Of a DNA stretch of 64,000 nt, positions 37,030 through 46,397 are shown piece after piece. Within the stretch, counting starts at the first letter, position 1. Each line of letters starts with the position of its first letter. The DNA is from an uncultured Planctomycetia bacterium (GTDB lineage: Bacteria > Omnitrophota > Gorgyraeia > 1-14-0-20-64-10), in NCBI GenBank assembly GCA_964597545.1, contig CAZQXN010000004.1, positions 6,683-70,682 on the forward strand, written 5' to 3'. A program made the translations under genes and the position numbers. A model generated the notes under the pieces. It had not been told where the DNA came from. It worked only from the letters and a program-made list of their open reading frames with translations, and made no database searches.

Positions 37030-37599
37030 TTGGCCAAGAACAAACTGTTGATCGACCGCGAGATTAAGGCCTATGTGGAGAAGTACGACATGATCCGGCC
37101 TTTTTCCGACCGTCTCAACTCCGGAGGGATCATCTCCTGGGGGCTTTCTTCGATGGGCTACGACATCCGGGTGACGGACGAATTTAAAATCTTTACCAAC
37201 GCCTGGAACTCCATGGTGGACCCCAAACGTTTTGACGAACGCTCCTTCGTGACCTTCAAGGGGCCTGAGTGCGTCATCCCGCCCAACTCCTTTGTGCTGG
37301 CCCGCACCGTGGAGTATTTTAAGATCCCCAGAAATGTGCTTACTCTGTGCACCGGAAAATCGACCTATGCGCGCTGCGGGGTTATTGTCAACGTCACTCC
37401 TTTCGAACCGTCGTGGGAGGGCTATGCGGTCCTTGAGATCTCAAACACTGCCCCCTTGCCGGCCAAGATTTACGCCAATGAAGGGATTGCCCAGGTCCTT
37501 TTCTTCAGCGTCGAGGAGCCGTGCGAGATCTCTTACGGGGATCGCAAGGGCAAGTACCAGAAGCAGCAGTCAATCGTCCTGCCCAAAGTCCAGAAGTAA
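37030..37599 (+). CDS. dcd: dCTP deaminase
   Basis: [21 protein letters not shown]...[12 protein letters not shown]...GYAVLEISN is the Dcd family. Start proposed at the in-frame TTG at 37030. The ORF-track start at 36925 adds a non-homologous N-terminal extension. Confidence 0.75.
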   Translation: MAKNKLLIDREIKAYVEKYDMIRPFSDRLNSGGIISWGLSSMGYDIRVTDEFKIFTNAWNSMVDPKRFDERSFVTFKGPECVIPPNSFVLARTVEYFKIPRNVLTLCTGKSTYARCGVIVNVTPFEPSWEGYAVLEISNTAPLPAKIYANEGIAQVLFFSVEEPCEISYGDRKGKYQKQQSIVLPKVQK

Positions 37600-37607
37600 A
37601 TCCAACA

Positions 37608-37655
37608 CCGGTACCGGGTACAATGTACCCGGTACAATGTACCCGGTACATTTTT
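37608..37655. repeat. GGTACC-family hairpin repeat (two CCGGGTACAaTGTACCCGG copies plus T-run), probable bidirectional terminator between dcd and gpmA
   Basis: ggtaccgggtacaatgtacccggtacaatgtacccggtacattttt. Confidence 0.55.
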
Positions 37656-37659
37656 GGGT

Positions 37660-38274
37660 TTATTGGAGGATGGTTTTGGAGGCGACCTTACCCTCAGGGG
37701 TAAAGTCGTAGCGGATTGGCACCCCGGTCGGAATCTCCAGGGCCACCACCTCTTCGGGGCTTAAGTGGTCTAACTCCATGACGATCGAGCGCAGCGAATT
37801 GCCGTGCGCTGAGACCAAAACATTCTTGCCGGCCGTAAGCTCAGGCAGGATCTTCGACTGAAAGTAGGGCAGGGTGCGTGCTGCGGTGTCTTTAAGGGCC
37901 TCGCCGCCCGGCGGAGCGACGTCATAGCTGCGCCGCCAGAGCTTTACCTGCTCTGCGCCGAACTTCTTGCGCATCTCATCCTTGTTGAGCCCCTGGAGAT
38001 TTCCATAATGCCGCTCATTCAGTGCTTGGTCTTTGAGGGTGGCGAGGTCCTGCTGGCCCAGGATCTTTAAAATGATCTCCAGCGTCTCAATGGCGCGGAT
38101 TAAGACCGAGGTGAAGGCCACATCAAAGACAAGACTCTCCCCTCGGATCGCTTCACCCCCCTGCTTGGCCTCTGCGCGGCCTGCCTCGGTCAAGGGGATG
38201 TCGATCCAACCGGTGAACTTATTCTCCAGGTTCCACTGGGACTGTCCGTGACGGACCAATACGAGGGTTGCCAT
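37660..38274 (-). CDS. gpmA: 2,3-bisphosphoglycerate-dependent phosphoglycerate mutase
   Basis: MATLVLVRHGQSQWNLENKFTGW has the RHG catalytic motif. Start set at this Met (CAT at 38272-38274). The ORF-track extension to 38595 is a run-on through the divergent promoter region. Confidence 0.85.
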   Translation of the reverse strand: MATLVLVRHGQSQWNLENKFTGWIDIPLTEAGRAEAKQGGEAIRGESLVFDVAFTSVLIRAIETLEIILKILGQQDLATLKDQALNERHYGNLQGLNKDEMRKKFGAEQVKLWRRSYDVAPPGGEALKDTAARTLPYFQSKILPELTAGKNVLVSAHGNSLRSIVMELDHLSPEEVVALEIPTGVPIRYDFTPEGKVASKTILQ

Positions 38275-38343
38275 AGGGCTTCTATTGTAAAGAGACAACC
38301 CCCCAGCTCCAATAAAAAATTTTCCTCTTTTTTGCCACAACCC

Positions 38344-38372
38344 TTGACATATGGGGAAGCGAGAGATATATT
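38344..38372 (+). promoter_or_regulatory. Consensus sigma70 promoter (TTGACA - 17 nt - TATATT)
   Basis: TTGACA at 38344-38349 and TATATT at 38367-38372. AAGGAGG RBS at 38452-38458 before the ATG at 38464. Confidence 0.5.
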
Positions 38373-38463
38373 CTTGTAATCTTTTTGGGTACCGTAGGTT
38401 GTGACAATAATAGTGCTTTAGGGTGGCTGGACTCCCCGGTGGCCCCCAAAGAAGGAGGCATGG

Positions 38464-39138
38464 ATGAACTGGATGCTTGGAACAGCAGCAGATTCTGTTA
38501 GAGCAGTGTTTGTCCGGGTGGGTAATTTCCTCCCAACTCTCTTCGGGGCGATTATCATACTCGTCATCGGTTGGGTGGTCGCCAGGATCGGTCAACGTCT
38601 CCTGGTGCAGTTCCTCAAAGCTGTCCGCCTGGATGATTTGTCACAGAAGGCGCGCATTTCTGATTTTCTCCAGAAGGGAGAAGTGAAGTATTCCCTCTCG
38701 GAGCTGCTCGGCGTCTTTCTGTATTGGTTGATTGTCTTGGCAACCCTTCTGGCCGCGCTCAACGCATTAGGTCTAACCGTTGCCGCAGAGCTCTTAGAGC
38801 GCGTTTTGGGCTATGTGCCCAGCGTCATGGCCGGCGTGATTGTACTGATCCTCGGGCTCTTTCTGGCAGCCCTGGTTGGCGGGATCGTGCAAACAGCGGC
38901 AGCCAACGTAGGCATAGCTCAAGCCAAAGGTTTGGGTCAGATTTCTCGAGTGGTTGTGATTATCTTTGCTGCGGCGATCGCACTGGAGAAGTTCTTCAGC
39001 TCCGTGATTATTCAGACAACATTTACGATCGTCGTGGGCGCCGTAGCCTTTGGTGCGGCTCTGGCGTTTGGCCTGGGATGTAAGGAGATCGCCGGAAAAG
39101 CGATCGCTGATTTCATCGAGAAGGTCAAGGGGAGGTAA
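38464..39138 (+). CDS. Membrane protein with conserved TM-helix repeats (mechanosensitive-channel N-terminal-like)
   Basis: Repeated hydrophobic helices of the type IIILVIGWVVARIGQRLL and VIVLILGLFLAALVGGIVQ. Confidence 0.5.
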   Translation: MNWMLGTAADSVRAVFVRVGNFLPTLFGAIIILVIGWVVARIGQRLLVQFLKAVRLDDLSQKARISDFLQKGEVKYSLSELLGVFLYWLIVLATLLAALNALGLTVAAELLERVLGYVPSVMAGVIVLILGLFLAALVGGIVQTAAANVGIAQAKGLGQISRVVVIIFAAAIALEKFFSSVIIQTTFTIVVGAVAFGAALAFGLGCKEIAGKAIADFIEKVKGR

Positions 39139-39176
39139 TCGACTCCAACCATTGAACGTTGAACTGAACAACAAAA

Positions 39177-39213
39177 AGGGGTTCCTCTAGCCGGAGGGAC
39201 CCCTTTTTTTCTT
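39177..39213 (+). terminator. Rho-independent terminator
   Basis: AGGGGTTCCTCtagccgGAGGGACCCCT followed by T9. Confidence 0.7.
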
Positions 39214-39322
39214 TGAGGGCACAACTTACGGAAGCTCGAAGAGCTTTCGTAAGTTGACCGCCCGAAAAGATCCCGGCCCGACCGACAGGGAGTGGTCGGG
39301 GTACATTTGAAGAGGAGCGTCG

Positions 39323-40360
39323 ATGCGTATCGGAATGACCTATGACCTGAGAACAAGCTACCTCTTCAGGTCTGGCGATCCCAAGGATGCCAACGCAGAG
39401 TTTGATCATCCAGACACCGTCCAAGTGATTGCAGATGCCCTGACGGCGCTCGGGCATGAGGTCATTCGCATTGGCAATGTCGAGCAGCTGCTCGCCCGAC
39501 TGGACCGCCTAGAAGCGGATCTGGTCTTCAACATTGCTGAAGGGTATGCCGGGCGCAACCGGGAATCCCAAGTGCCGATCCTGCTGGAGCTTCGTGGGTT
39601 TCCTTACGTCGGTTCCGACGGCCTCACCCAGGCGGCAACACTCGACAAGTTGGTGACCAAGCGGCTCCTCAAGGCGGAGGGCATCCCGACCCCCGACTTT
39701 TTCCAGATTCACGATCCCAACGAGCTCCTTCCCAAGAATCTCACCTTCCCCTTGATGGCCAAGCCCCGCTATGAAGGCTCCAGCAAGGGGCTCTCTGAGC
39801 AGTCGATTGTTCGCTCCGAAGAGGAGCTCAGATCGCAGGCGGCATGGATCATTGAAACCTATCATCAGCCGGCGCTGGTGGAGGCCTTCATCTGCGGCAC
39901 CGAGTACACCATTGCCCTCATCGGAAACAACACCCCCGAGACCCTGCCAACCGTCCAGATTCAGATCGACGGCAAACTCAAGCTCGGAGAGCTCTTTTAT
40001 ACCCATTCCAGAATCGCCGCGGGGGCAGATTACATCTGCCCGGCTCAGATCGATGCCAAGCTTGATGGGCGCCTCAAGGCTTTGGCGCAGGCCACCTACC
40101 GTGCGGTAGACTGCTTGGACTTCGGACGGGTTGATTTTCGAGTGGATGAAGCAGGCCGCCCCTATGTCCTGGAGCTCAATCCCTTACCGTCTCTCTCCAC
40201 CGAGGATGTCTTTATGATTGTGGCGAAGCAGATGGGATTGGGCTACGCCGACATGATTGGACGGATTGTGGATGCAGCGGTTACGCGCCAAGGGTTACAG
40301 GTTCTGTCCCGTCCGGAGAATGCACCGGCTGCAGTGGCTGTCACAGGGAGCGCTCGATGA
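39323..40360 (+). CDS. D-Ala-D-Ala-ligase-like ATP-grasp enzyme (L-amino-acid-ligase-like), paralog 1
   Basis: Ddl-family organisation: N-domain, LMAKPRYEGSSKG central motif, C-terminal RVDFRVDEAGRPYVLELNPLP. Confidence 0.7.
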   Translation: MRIGMTYDLRTSYLFRSGDPKDANAEFDHPDTVQVIADALTALGHEVIRIGNVEQLLARLDRLEADLVFNIAEGYAGRNRESQVPILLELRGFPYVGSDGLTQAATLDKLVTKRLLKAEGIPTPDFFQIHDPNELLPKNLTFPLMAKPRYEGSSKGLSEQSIVRSEEELRSQAAWIIETYHQPALVEAFICGTEYTIALIGNNTPETLPTVQIQIDGKLKLGELFYTHSRIAAGADYICPAQIDAKLDGRLKALAQATYRAVDCLDFGRVDFRVDEAGRPYVLELNPLPSLSTEDVFMIVAKQMGLGYADMIGRIVDAAVTRQGLQVLSRPENAPAAVAVTGSAR

Positions 40361-41586
40361 GAGTTGCCCTCATCCATAACGTCAAGCCCAAGAAGAAGCT
40401 TCCGGATCTGCCCTTTGATTACTATTCGGAGTGTGACAGCCCCGCAACAGTTTCCGCCATTGCCAAAGCACTCCGGCGCCAAAGATTCACTGTTTTACCG
40501 GTTGAGGCGAATCATCGTCTTCCGGCGTGGCTCAAGCGCAACCACGTGGATTTGGCCTTCAACATTGCCGAAGGTTTCTACGGCGATGCGCGGGAGGCCC
40601 GCGTGCCGGCCCTCCTGGAGTTGTTGGAGATTCCCTACACCGGTTCCGGGGTTCTTGCTTTGGTCTTGGCGTTGGACAAGAACAAGGCCAAGCATTTGTT
40701 CCGCTCGGCCGGGGTTCCGACCCCCAACTTCCAGCTCTTCCTCCATCCCGACGAACCGATCAAGCGCCAGCTGCAATTTCCGCTGATCGTCAAACCCAAC
40801 CGGGAAGGTTCCGGCAAAGGGATTTGGGCCTCCAGCGTGGTCCACGACGAGAAGGCTTTTCGGACCCAGCTGCGGTTGGTCCACGATCGCTATGCCCAGG
40901 AAGTCTTGGTTGAGGAGTACATTGAAGGGACGGAGTTGACGGTGGGCCTGCTGGGAGGCGATGAGGTCCTGCCGGTTCTGGAGGTGGATTTCAGCGGGTG
41001 CGAATCTTCAGGGGAATTCTTCTACTCCTGGCGGATGAAAGAGTTCCAGGGCAATCAGGAGATGGGGCTCACCCCCAGCTTCTGGTGCCCGGCACGCTTG
41101 GATCCCGGGATGACCCAAGCGGTCCAATCGGTGGCCTGGAGGGCTGCCCGGGCTCTGGGGGCCAATGAGTTGGCGCGGGTGGATATCCGCTTAAGCTCCG
41201 ACGGCATTCCCTATGTCCTGGAGGTCAATCCCCTCCCGGGGTTGGATCCGGCGGAGTCCAACCTGCCGCTGATGGCAAAGGCGGCGGGGATGTCGTACGA
41301 CACCCTGATTCAGCGAATCGTCACACTCGCCGTTTCGAATCGCACCCTGCGCTCTGGACGCATGGCACACTTAAAAGCCATTCCTCCGAAAGCGGGAGCT
41401 TCTTTATCTTCTCCATCTTCCCAGAAAGCTCACTCGACCCTGAGGCGCTCAAAGAAGCGCCCCCTGACGCCTGCCAAGAAAGGGTCGGGTTCCGCGGGAG
41501 AAGCTGTTGCGGTGCGCAGCACTTCAAGACGGCGCACCCTCTCCCCTCGGAAAACCCAAGCAAAGGAGGGACGCCTTGGACGATAG
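40357..41586 (+). CDS. D-Ala-D-Ala-ligase-like ATP-grasp enzyme, paralog 2, with a roughly 90-aa Ser/Arg/Lys-rich C-terminal tail
   Basis: LIVKPNREGSGKG and RVDIRLSSDGIPYVLEVNPLPG. ATGA overlap with paralog 1. Confidence 0.7.
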   Translation: MRVALIHNVKPKKKLPDLPFDYYSECDSPATVSAIAKALRRQRFTVLPVEANHRLPAWLKRNHVDLAFNIAEGFYGDAREARVPALLELLEIPYTGSGVLALVLALDKNKAKHLFRSAGVPTPNFQLFLHPDEPIKRQLQFPLIVKPNREGSGKGIWASSVVHDEKAFRTQLRLVHDRYAQEVLVEEYIEGTELTVGLLGGDEVLPVLEVDFSGCESSGEFFYSWRMKEFQGNQEMGLTPSFWCPARLDPGMTQAVQSVAWRAARALGANELARVDIRLSSDGIPYVLEVNPLPGLDPAESNLPLMAKAAGMSYDTLIQRIVTLAVSNRTLRSGRMAHLKAIPPKAGASLSSPSSQKAHSTLRRSKKRPLTPAKKGSGSAGEAVAVRSTSRRRTLSPRKTQAKEGRLGR

Positions 41587-42841
41587 CACTCGTCGCATCC
41601 CCCTCTGGAAGCATGTGCGCCCAGAGGATTGGGAAGACTGGCATTGGCAGTTGCGAAACCGCATCACCACGGTGGATCAATTACGCCGGATTGTCTCATT
41701 GACCCCCGAGGAAGAGTATGCGTGTGCCCAGCGAGAGGGCCGACTCGTCATGGCCATCCCCCCTTACTGGGCCTCTCTCATGGATCCGAAGGATCCCAAC
41801 TGTCCCGTCCGTTTGCAGACAGTACCCCTGGATCAGGAGTTTAATATTCGAGCGCACGACATGGAAGATCCCTGCGGTGAAGACGCCGACATGCCGGTGC
41901 CGGGGCTGGTGCATCGCTATCCCGACCGAGTGCTTTTCTTGGTTACCGAGCAGTGTGCGATGTACTGCCGCCACTGTACCCGCAGGCGTTTGGTGGGGGT
42001 GAATCACGGCCTGGCTTCCAGTCATGAGCGGGTCTACCAGTATCTTAAGGCGCACCCAGAGGTCCGGGATGTGCTGATCTCCGGCGGGGATCCCCTCATG
42101 ATGACCGATACCCGCCTCCATCAGATCTTGGGCCGGCTTCGGGAGATTCCCCACCTGGAGTTCATCCGAATTGGCTCTCGAACGCCGGTGACCATGCCGC
42201 AGCGCGTTACCCCGGAACTGTGTGAGATGCTTAAAGCGCATAAGCCGATCTGGATGAGCCTGCATTTCTGTCACCCCAAGGAGATTACACCGCGCGTCCA
42301 ACAGGCCTTGGAGATGCTGGCCGACAGCGGTGTCCCCTTAGGTTCGCAGACGGTGCTCTTAAAGGGGATCAACACGGATCCGGCGGTGATGAAGAAGCTG
42401 ATGCATGAGCTGCTCAAGGCGAGGGTCAAACCCTACTACATCTATCAGTGCGATATGGCGCAGGGGATCAGCCACTTTCGCACCAAGGTGGAGACAGGGG
42501 TTCGGATCATCGAGGCTCTGCGGGGACACACCTCAGGTTATGCCGTTCCGACCTTTGTGATTGACGGCCCCGGCGGAGAAGGAAAGGTTCCGATCCATCC
42601 CGACACCGTCATCTCCTATAAACGGGGGGTGATCAAGCTGCGCAATTATGCCGGCAAGCTCCTCACCTACCATGAGCCGGATGAGGTTGAGGAGGAAGAG
42701 GAGCTTTTGGTGCCGGTTCCGGTTCGATCCAACGGCAACGGCCACAGAAACGGCAACGGCCACAAGAATGGCAACGGCCACAAGAATGGCAACGGCTCTA
42801 AGGGGCGCGCAGCGGTTAAGGCCCGCACCAACGGCAACTAA
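41576..42841 (+). CDS. Lysine-2,3-aminomutase-like (KamA family) radical SAM enzyme, with a C-terminal NGNGH(K/R) repeat tail
   Basis: CAMYCRHCTRR radical-SAM motif, WQLRNRITT KamA N-motif. Start proposed at the TTG at 41576, 5 nt after AAGGAGGG. ORF opens at 41507. Confidence 0.7.
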   Translation: MDDSTRRIPLWKHVRPEDWEDWHWQLRNRITTVDQLRRIVSLTPEEEYACAQREGRLVMAIPPYWASLMDPKDPNCPVRLQTVPLDQEFNIRAHDMEDPCGEDADMPVPGLVHRYPDRVLFLVTEQCAMYCRHCTRRRLVGVNHGLASSHERVYQYLKAHPEVRDVLISGGDPLMMTDTRLHQILGRLREIPHLEFIRIGSRTPVTMPQRVTPELCEMLKAHKPIWMSLHFCHPKEITPRVQQALEMLADSGVPLGSQTVLLKGINTDPAVMKKLMHELLKARVKPYYIYQCDMAQGISHFRTKVETGVRIIEALRGHTSGYAVPTFVIDGPGGEGKVPIHPDTVISYKRGVIKLRNYAGKLLTYHEPDEVEEEEELLVPVPVRSNGNGHRNGNGHKNGNGHKNGNGSKGRAAVKARTNGN

Positions 42842-42868
42842 GATCTAAAATCTGGTACCGTAAAATCT

Positions 42869-42916
42869 GGTACCGGGTACACTTTTCAACAGTGTACCCG
42901 GTACCTTTGTTTTGTT
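42869..42916 (+). terminator. 15-bp perfect hairpin of the GGTACC repeat family followed by a T-rich run
   Basis: GGTACCGGGTACACTtttcaacAGTGTACCCGGTACC then TTTGTTTTGTT. Confidence 0.5.
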
Positions 42917-42954
42917 GACGGATCCCTTCCGTACCTGGTACCGTCTTTGTTGTC

Positions 42955-44061
42955 ATGGGATTTAGCTGCGGAATTGTAGGCCTGCCCAACGTGGGCAAAT
43001 CGACCCTCTTCAATGCGCTCGCTCGGACCGCCGTTGCTGCCGAGAGTTACCCCTTCTGCACCATTGAGCCCAATGTCGGGGTAGTTCCAGTGCCCGATCC
43101 CCGCCTGCAGGCTTTAGCTCAGATCGTCTCTCCCGAGAAGACCATACCCACCTCCATGCGCTTTGTTGACATTGCAGGCCTCGTTAAAGGGGCTTCACAG
43201 GGAGAAGGTTTGGGCAACCAGTTCTTAGGGCACATTGCCGAGGTGGAGGCCATCGCCCAGGTGGTTCGATGTTTCGAGGATCCCAACGTTGTTCATGTCT
43301 CAGGGGCTGTGGATCCCAAGCGGGATTTGGAGGTCATTGCGACTGAGCTTGCCCTGCGGGATCTCGAGACGGTAACTTCGGCCATCGCCCGACTTGAAAA
43401 GGTGGCCAAGTCCGGCGACAAGAAGGCCAAGGCGGCTGTGGAGGTCCTGCGCCTTGCGGAGAAACCTCTTCAAGAAGGCCGCCGGGTTGAGCCCATCCTG
43501 AAGGACCTTTCTGAAGCTGAGCTGGAGGCGTTGAAGGCCGTCAATCTCTTGACCGCCAAGCCGATGCTCTACGTCGCCAACATCGACGAGAAATCAATCT
43601 CGGGCGGGACACCCCATCTGGCGGCGCTTCAGGAAGCGGCCAAGGCAGAGGGGGTCCCAGTGGTGCCGATTTGCGGCGCCATTGAATCCCAGATCGCTGC
43701 TCTGGATACCGAGGCCGAGCGGGAGGAGTTCTTGAAAGCCGAGGGGCTCACCGAATCGGGACTCAACCGCTTGATTCGGGCAGGGCACGAGCTTTTAGGG
43801 CTCATTGTCTTTTTCACCGCTGTCGGCGGCAAGGAATGCCGTGCTTGGACCATTCGCCGGGGTGCAACCGCCCTGGAGGCAGCCGGCAAGGTTCACACCG
43901 ACATGGCACGCGGCTTCATTCGCGCCGAGGTGTCCGGCTTCGATGATTTTATCTCCTGCAAAGGGGAGGCCGCAGCCCGCAGCCAGGGGAAGCTTCGCCA
44001 GGAGGGTAAGGAGTACGTCATTGAGGACGGCGACGTGATCCACTTCCGCTTCTCGGTTTAG
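42955..44061 (+). CDS. ychF: Ribosome-binding ATPase YchF (Obg-family GTPase/ATPase)
   Basis: [18 protein letters not shown] plus a TGS C-terminal domain. Confidence 0.9.
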   Translation: MGFSCGIVGLPNVGKSTLFNALARTAVAAESYPFCTIEPNVGVVPVPDPRLQALAQIVSPEKTIPTSMRFVDIAGLVKGASQGEGLGNQFLGHIAEVEAIAQVVRCFEDPNVVHVSGAVDPKRDLEVIATELALRDLETVTSAIARLEKVAKSGDKKAKAAVEVLRLAEKPLQEGRRVEPILKDLSEAELEALKAVNLLTAKPMLYVANIDEKSISGGTPHLAALQEAAKAEGVPVVPICGAIESQIAALDTEAEREEFLKAEGLTESGLNRLIRAGHELLGLIVFFTAVGGKECRAWTIRRGATALEAAGKVHTDMARGFIRAEVSGFDDFISCKGEAAARSQGKLRQEGKEYVIEDGDVIHFRFSV

Positions 44062-44107
44062 GCTCTCTCCGGTGTTCCACATTCGGGTGGTGTGATAAAA
44101 TACGGAT

Positions 44108-45649
44108 GTGATTCTTCCATCCCGACGAACATTCCGCACCCTTTCCCGCCTCAAACAGTGGGTCCCCGTCGCTGCATCGGTCCCGCTGGAATCAGAGGCT
44201 CAAACCCTTTTTGAGGTGCTGAAGACCTCTTCCCCCAGCATTCTGCTGGAATCTGCCCGCACCCATCCGGTGACCGGCCGCTACAGCTTGATCGCAGGCT
44301 CCCCCTCCGAGGTTCTCATGGCTAAGGGGGATCAGGTTGAGCTTGAGCAGGGAGGCAAAATCCGGCAGCTGCACAGCCACCCTCTCAAGGCACTTCAAGC
44401 CTGCCTTGCTGCTAAGCCGACCCTGCGCATCAAGGGACTGCCTCCCTTTGTGGGGGGTGCGGTTGGATTCTTGGGCTACGATCTCTATCGATCCTTAAAC
44501 GAGACTGTGCGCAGCGCCCTTGTCTCTGCTGTGGATGATCTGAACCTCCCAGATCTGGCTTTCCTCTTTTGTGATGAGGCTGTGGTTGTAGATCATCTGC
44601 TCCAGAAATTGTGGGTCATTGTTTTGGCCCCTCCGGGTGAGCGTCCGGACTCTGTTTATGCGCAGGCCGTGTCCAGAATCGATCAACAACTGGAGCGATT
44701 AAAGCGTTCCCCCGACCCGGTCCCGTCGCGTACTGCCGACTTCTTAGCAGGTGAAAGCGGGGCACAAAGCACACACACCCGCTCTGGTTTTCAGGCGATG
44801 GTACGTCAAGCCAAGGCATTCATTGCCGACGGTGAAATCTACCAAGCCAACCTTTCGCAGCGCTTCTCGATGGATCTGACAGCCGATCCTTGGGTCCTGT
44901 ACCGGCGCCTGGCAGAGGTGAACCCCTCCCCCTTTGCTGCCTTTGCTGATTTTCCAGCTCTTGGCCCTTGGGGAGGCCCCCTCCAGATTGTCTCAGCTTC
45001 TCCCGAGCGGTTTCTTAAGGTGACCGATCAAAAGGTGGAGACCCGTCCGATTGCAGGGACCCGACCTCGAGGGCACACGGCCGCAGAGACCACCCGGTTG
45101 CGGCGGGAATTGATCCTCAATGAGAAGGAGCGGGCCGAACATTTGATGCTGGTGGACTTAGAACGCAATGACTTAGGCCGCATCTGCCGCTATGGAACGG
45201 TTCGAGTGGATGATCCCATGGTTTTGGAAGAGTACTCCCACGTCATCCATATCGTCTCCAATGTTTCTGGGCTCCTTGAGCCCCAGGTTCAGGTGAAGGA
45301 TTTGATCGTCGCCACCTTCCCAGGGGGGACGATCAGCGGATGCCCCAAGATCCGCTCCTTGGAGATCATCGATGCGTTGGAACCTGTTCAGCGCCAGCTC
45401 TATACCGGCGCCTTGGGGTATATCAGCTACACCGGAGATATGGATCTGAATCTTCTGATTCGAACCGCCTTCGTGACAGGGGCCCAAGCTTTTGTGCAGG
45501 TGGGTTCCGGCATTGTGGCTGATTCCGATCCAGGCAGGGAATACGAAGAGACCCTTCACAAAGGCCAAGCCCTTATGGAGACCTTTAATGGCAGCGAGCA
45601 ATCAAGCCTTAAGCAGGTTGGAAGCCTCAGCGGTTCCGCCGCTGGTTGA
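44108..45649 (+). CDS. pabB: Aminodeoxychorismate (or anthranilate) synthase component I
   Basis: Chorismate-binding domain: SPERFLKV...PIAGTRPRG...LVDLERNDLGR...GGTISGCPKIRS...YTGALGY. Followed by pabC, so ADC synthase is more likely. Confidence 0.8.
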   Translation: MILPSRRTFRTLSRLKQWVPVAASVPLESEAQTLFEVLKTSSPSILLESARTHPVTGRYSLIAGSPSEVLMAKGDQVELEQGGKIRQLHSHPLKALQACLAAKPTLRIKGLPPFVGGAVGFLGYDLYRSLNETVRSALVSAVDDLNLPDLAFLFCDEAVVVDHLLQKLWVIVLAPPGERPDSVYAQAVSRIDQQLERLKRSPDPVPSRTADFLAGESGAQSTHTRSGFQAMVRQAKAFIADGEIYQANLSQRFSMDLTADPWVLYRRLAEVNPSPFAAFADFPALGPWGGPLQIVSASPERFLKVTDQKVETRPIAGTRPRGHTAAETTRLRRELILNEKERAEHLMLVDLERNDLGRICRYGTVRVDDPMVLEEYSHVIHIVSNVSGLLEPQVQVKDLIVATFPGGTISGCPKIRSLEIIDALEPVQRQLYTGALGYISYTGDMDLNLLIRTAFVTGAQAFVQVGSGIVADSDPGREYEETLHKGQALMETFNGSEQSSLKQVGSLSGSAAG

Positions 45650-46397
45650 CGCCTCCGGCGTTTTCGAAACCTGCCGAGTGAAGGCGGGCCGGGTGCTGCA
45701 CCTTGAAGCACACCTCCTTCGGCTTGGGGCTTCGCTCAAGACTGTGGGGATTGCAGCCAAGTCCCTTGCGGAGGTTAGACGCCAACTCAAACAATCCGCC
45801 CAGGGAATTCAAGACGGGTACGTACGTGTTGCGCTGCGCCGCACTTGGAATGCCCAAGGTGGACCTAAGATCCTGGTCCACCGACATCCAGGGGTTCCCT
45901 ATTCCAAGAAGAAGATCATGCGCGGGTTGGAGATCCGAACCGTTCCCACGCCCTGGCCCGCAGGTGAGCCGGCGCTGGCGCAGGTGAAGGGATCTGAGCG
46001 ATTAAGTGGTATCCTAGGACGGATAGAGGCCGGCGGCGCTACAGAGGCGCTGCGGCTGGGACCCTTAGGGCTGCTGACCGAAGGAACGGCCAGCAACCTC
46101 TTTCTCGTTAAAGCAGGAGTGCTGCTCACCCCTCCCCGTTGGGTTGGAGTGCTGGAGGGGGTGACCAGAGCCCAAGTCATGCAGACGGCACGGCGGTTAA
46201 AGATGACGGTTCGCGAGATGCCGATCACACGGCACGATCTTTTCAATGCAGAGGAAGCCTTTCTCACCAACGTACTGATGCCGGTTTTTCCTATTCGGTC
46301 GGTGGACGGTCGACGAATCGGCCAAGGGGTACCGGGTCCGGTGACACAGAAACTGATGCGGCTGATCGATCACCCCTCATTGCGGGAGCACAAGTGA
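45588..46397 (+). CDS. pabC: Aminodeoxychorismate lyase / class-IV aminotransferase
   Basis: GVFETCRV...EAFLTNVLMPVFPIRSVDGRRIG is the class-IV PLP fold. Start uncertain (ATG at 45588 overlaps pabB by 62 nt). Confidence 0.65.
   Translation: MAASNQALSRLEASAVPPLVDASGVFETCRVKAGRVLHLEAHLLRLGASLKTVGIAAKSLAEVRRQLKQSAQGIQDGYVRVALRRTWNAQGGPKILVHRHPGVPYSKKKIMRGLEIRTVPTPWPAGEPALAQVKGSERLSGILGRIEAGGATEALRLGPLGLLTEGTASNLFLVKAGVLLTPPRWVGVLEGVTRAQVMQTARRLKMTVREMPITRHDLFNAEEAFLTNVLMPVFPIRSVDGRRIGQGVPGPVTQKLMRLIDHPSLREHK

Noticed and set aside
38275-38595. N-terminal 107-residue extension of gpmA (MTDPGDHPTDDEY...).
   Set aside because: Runs through the divergent promoter/RBS region. Gpm homology begins at MATLVLVRHG.
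46139-46393. Long N-terminal extension of purH in the ORF track (MGWSAGGGDQ...).
   Set aside because: The extension overlaps pabC and is non-homologous. A GTG overlapping the pabC stop gives a canonical PurH N-terminus.
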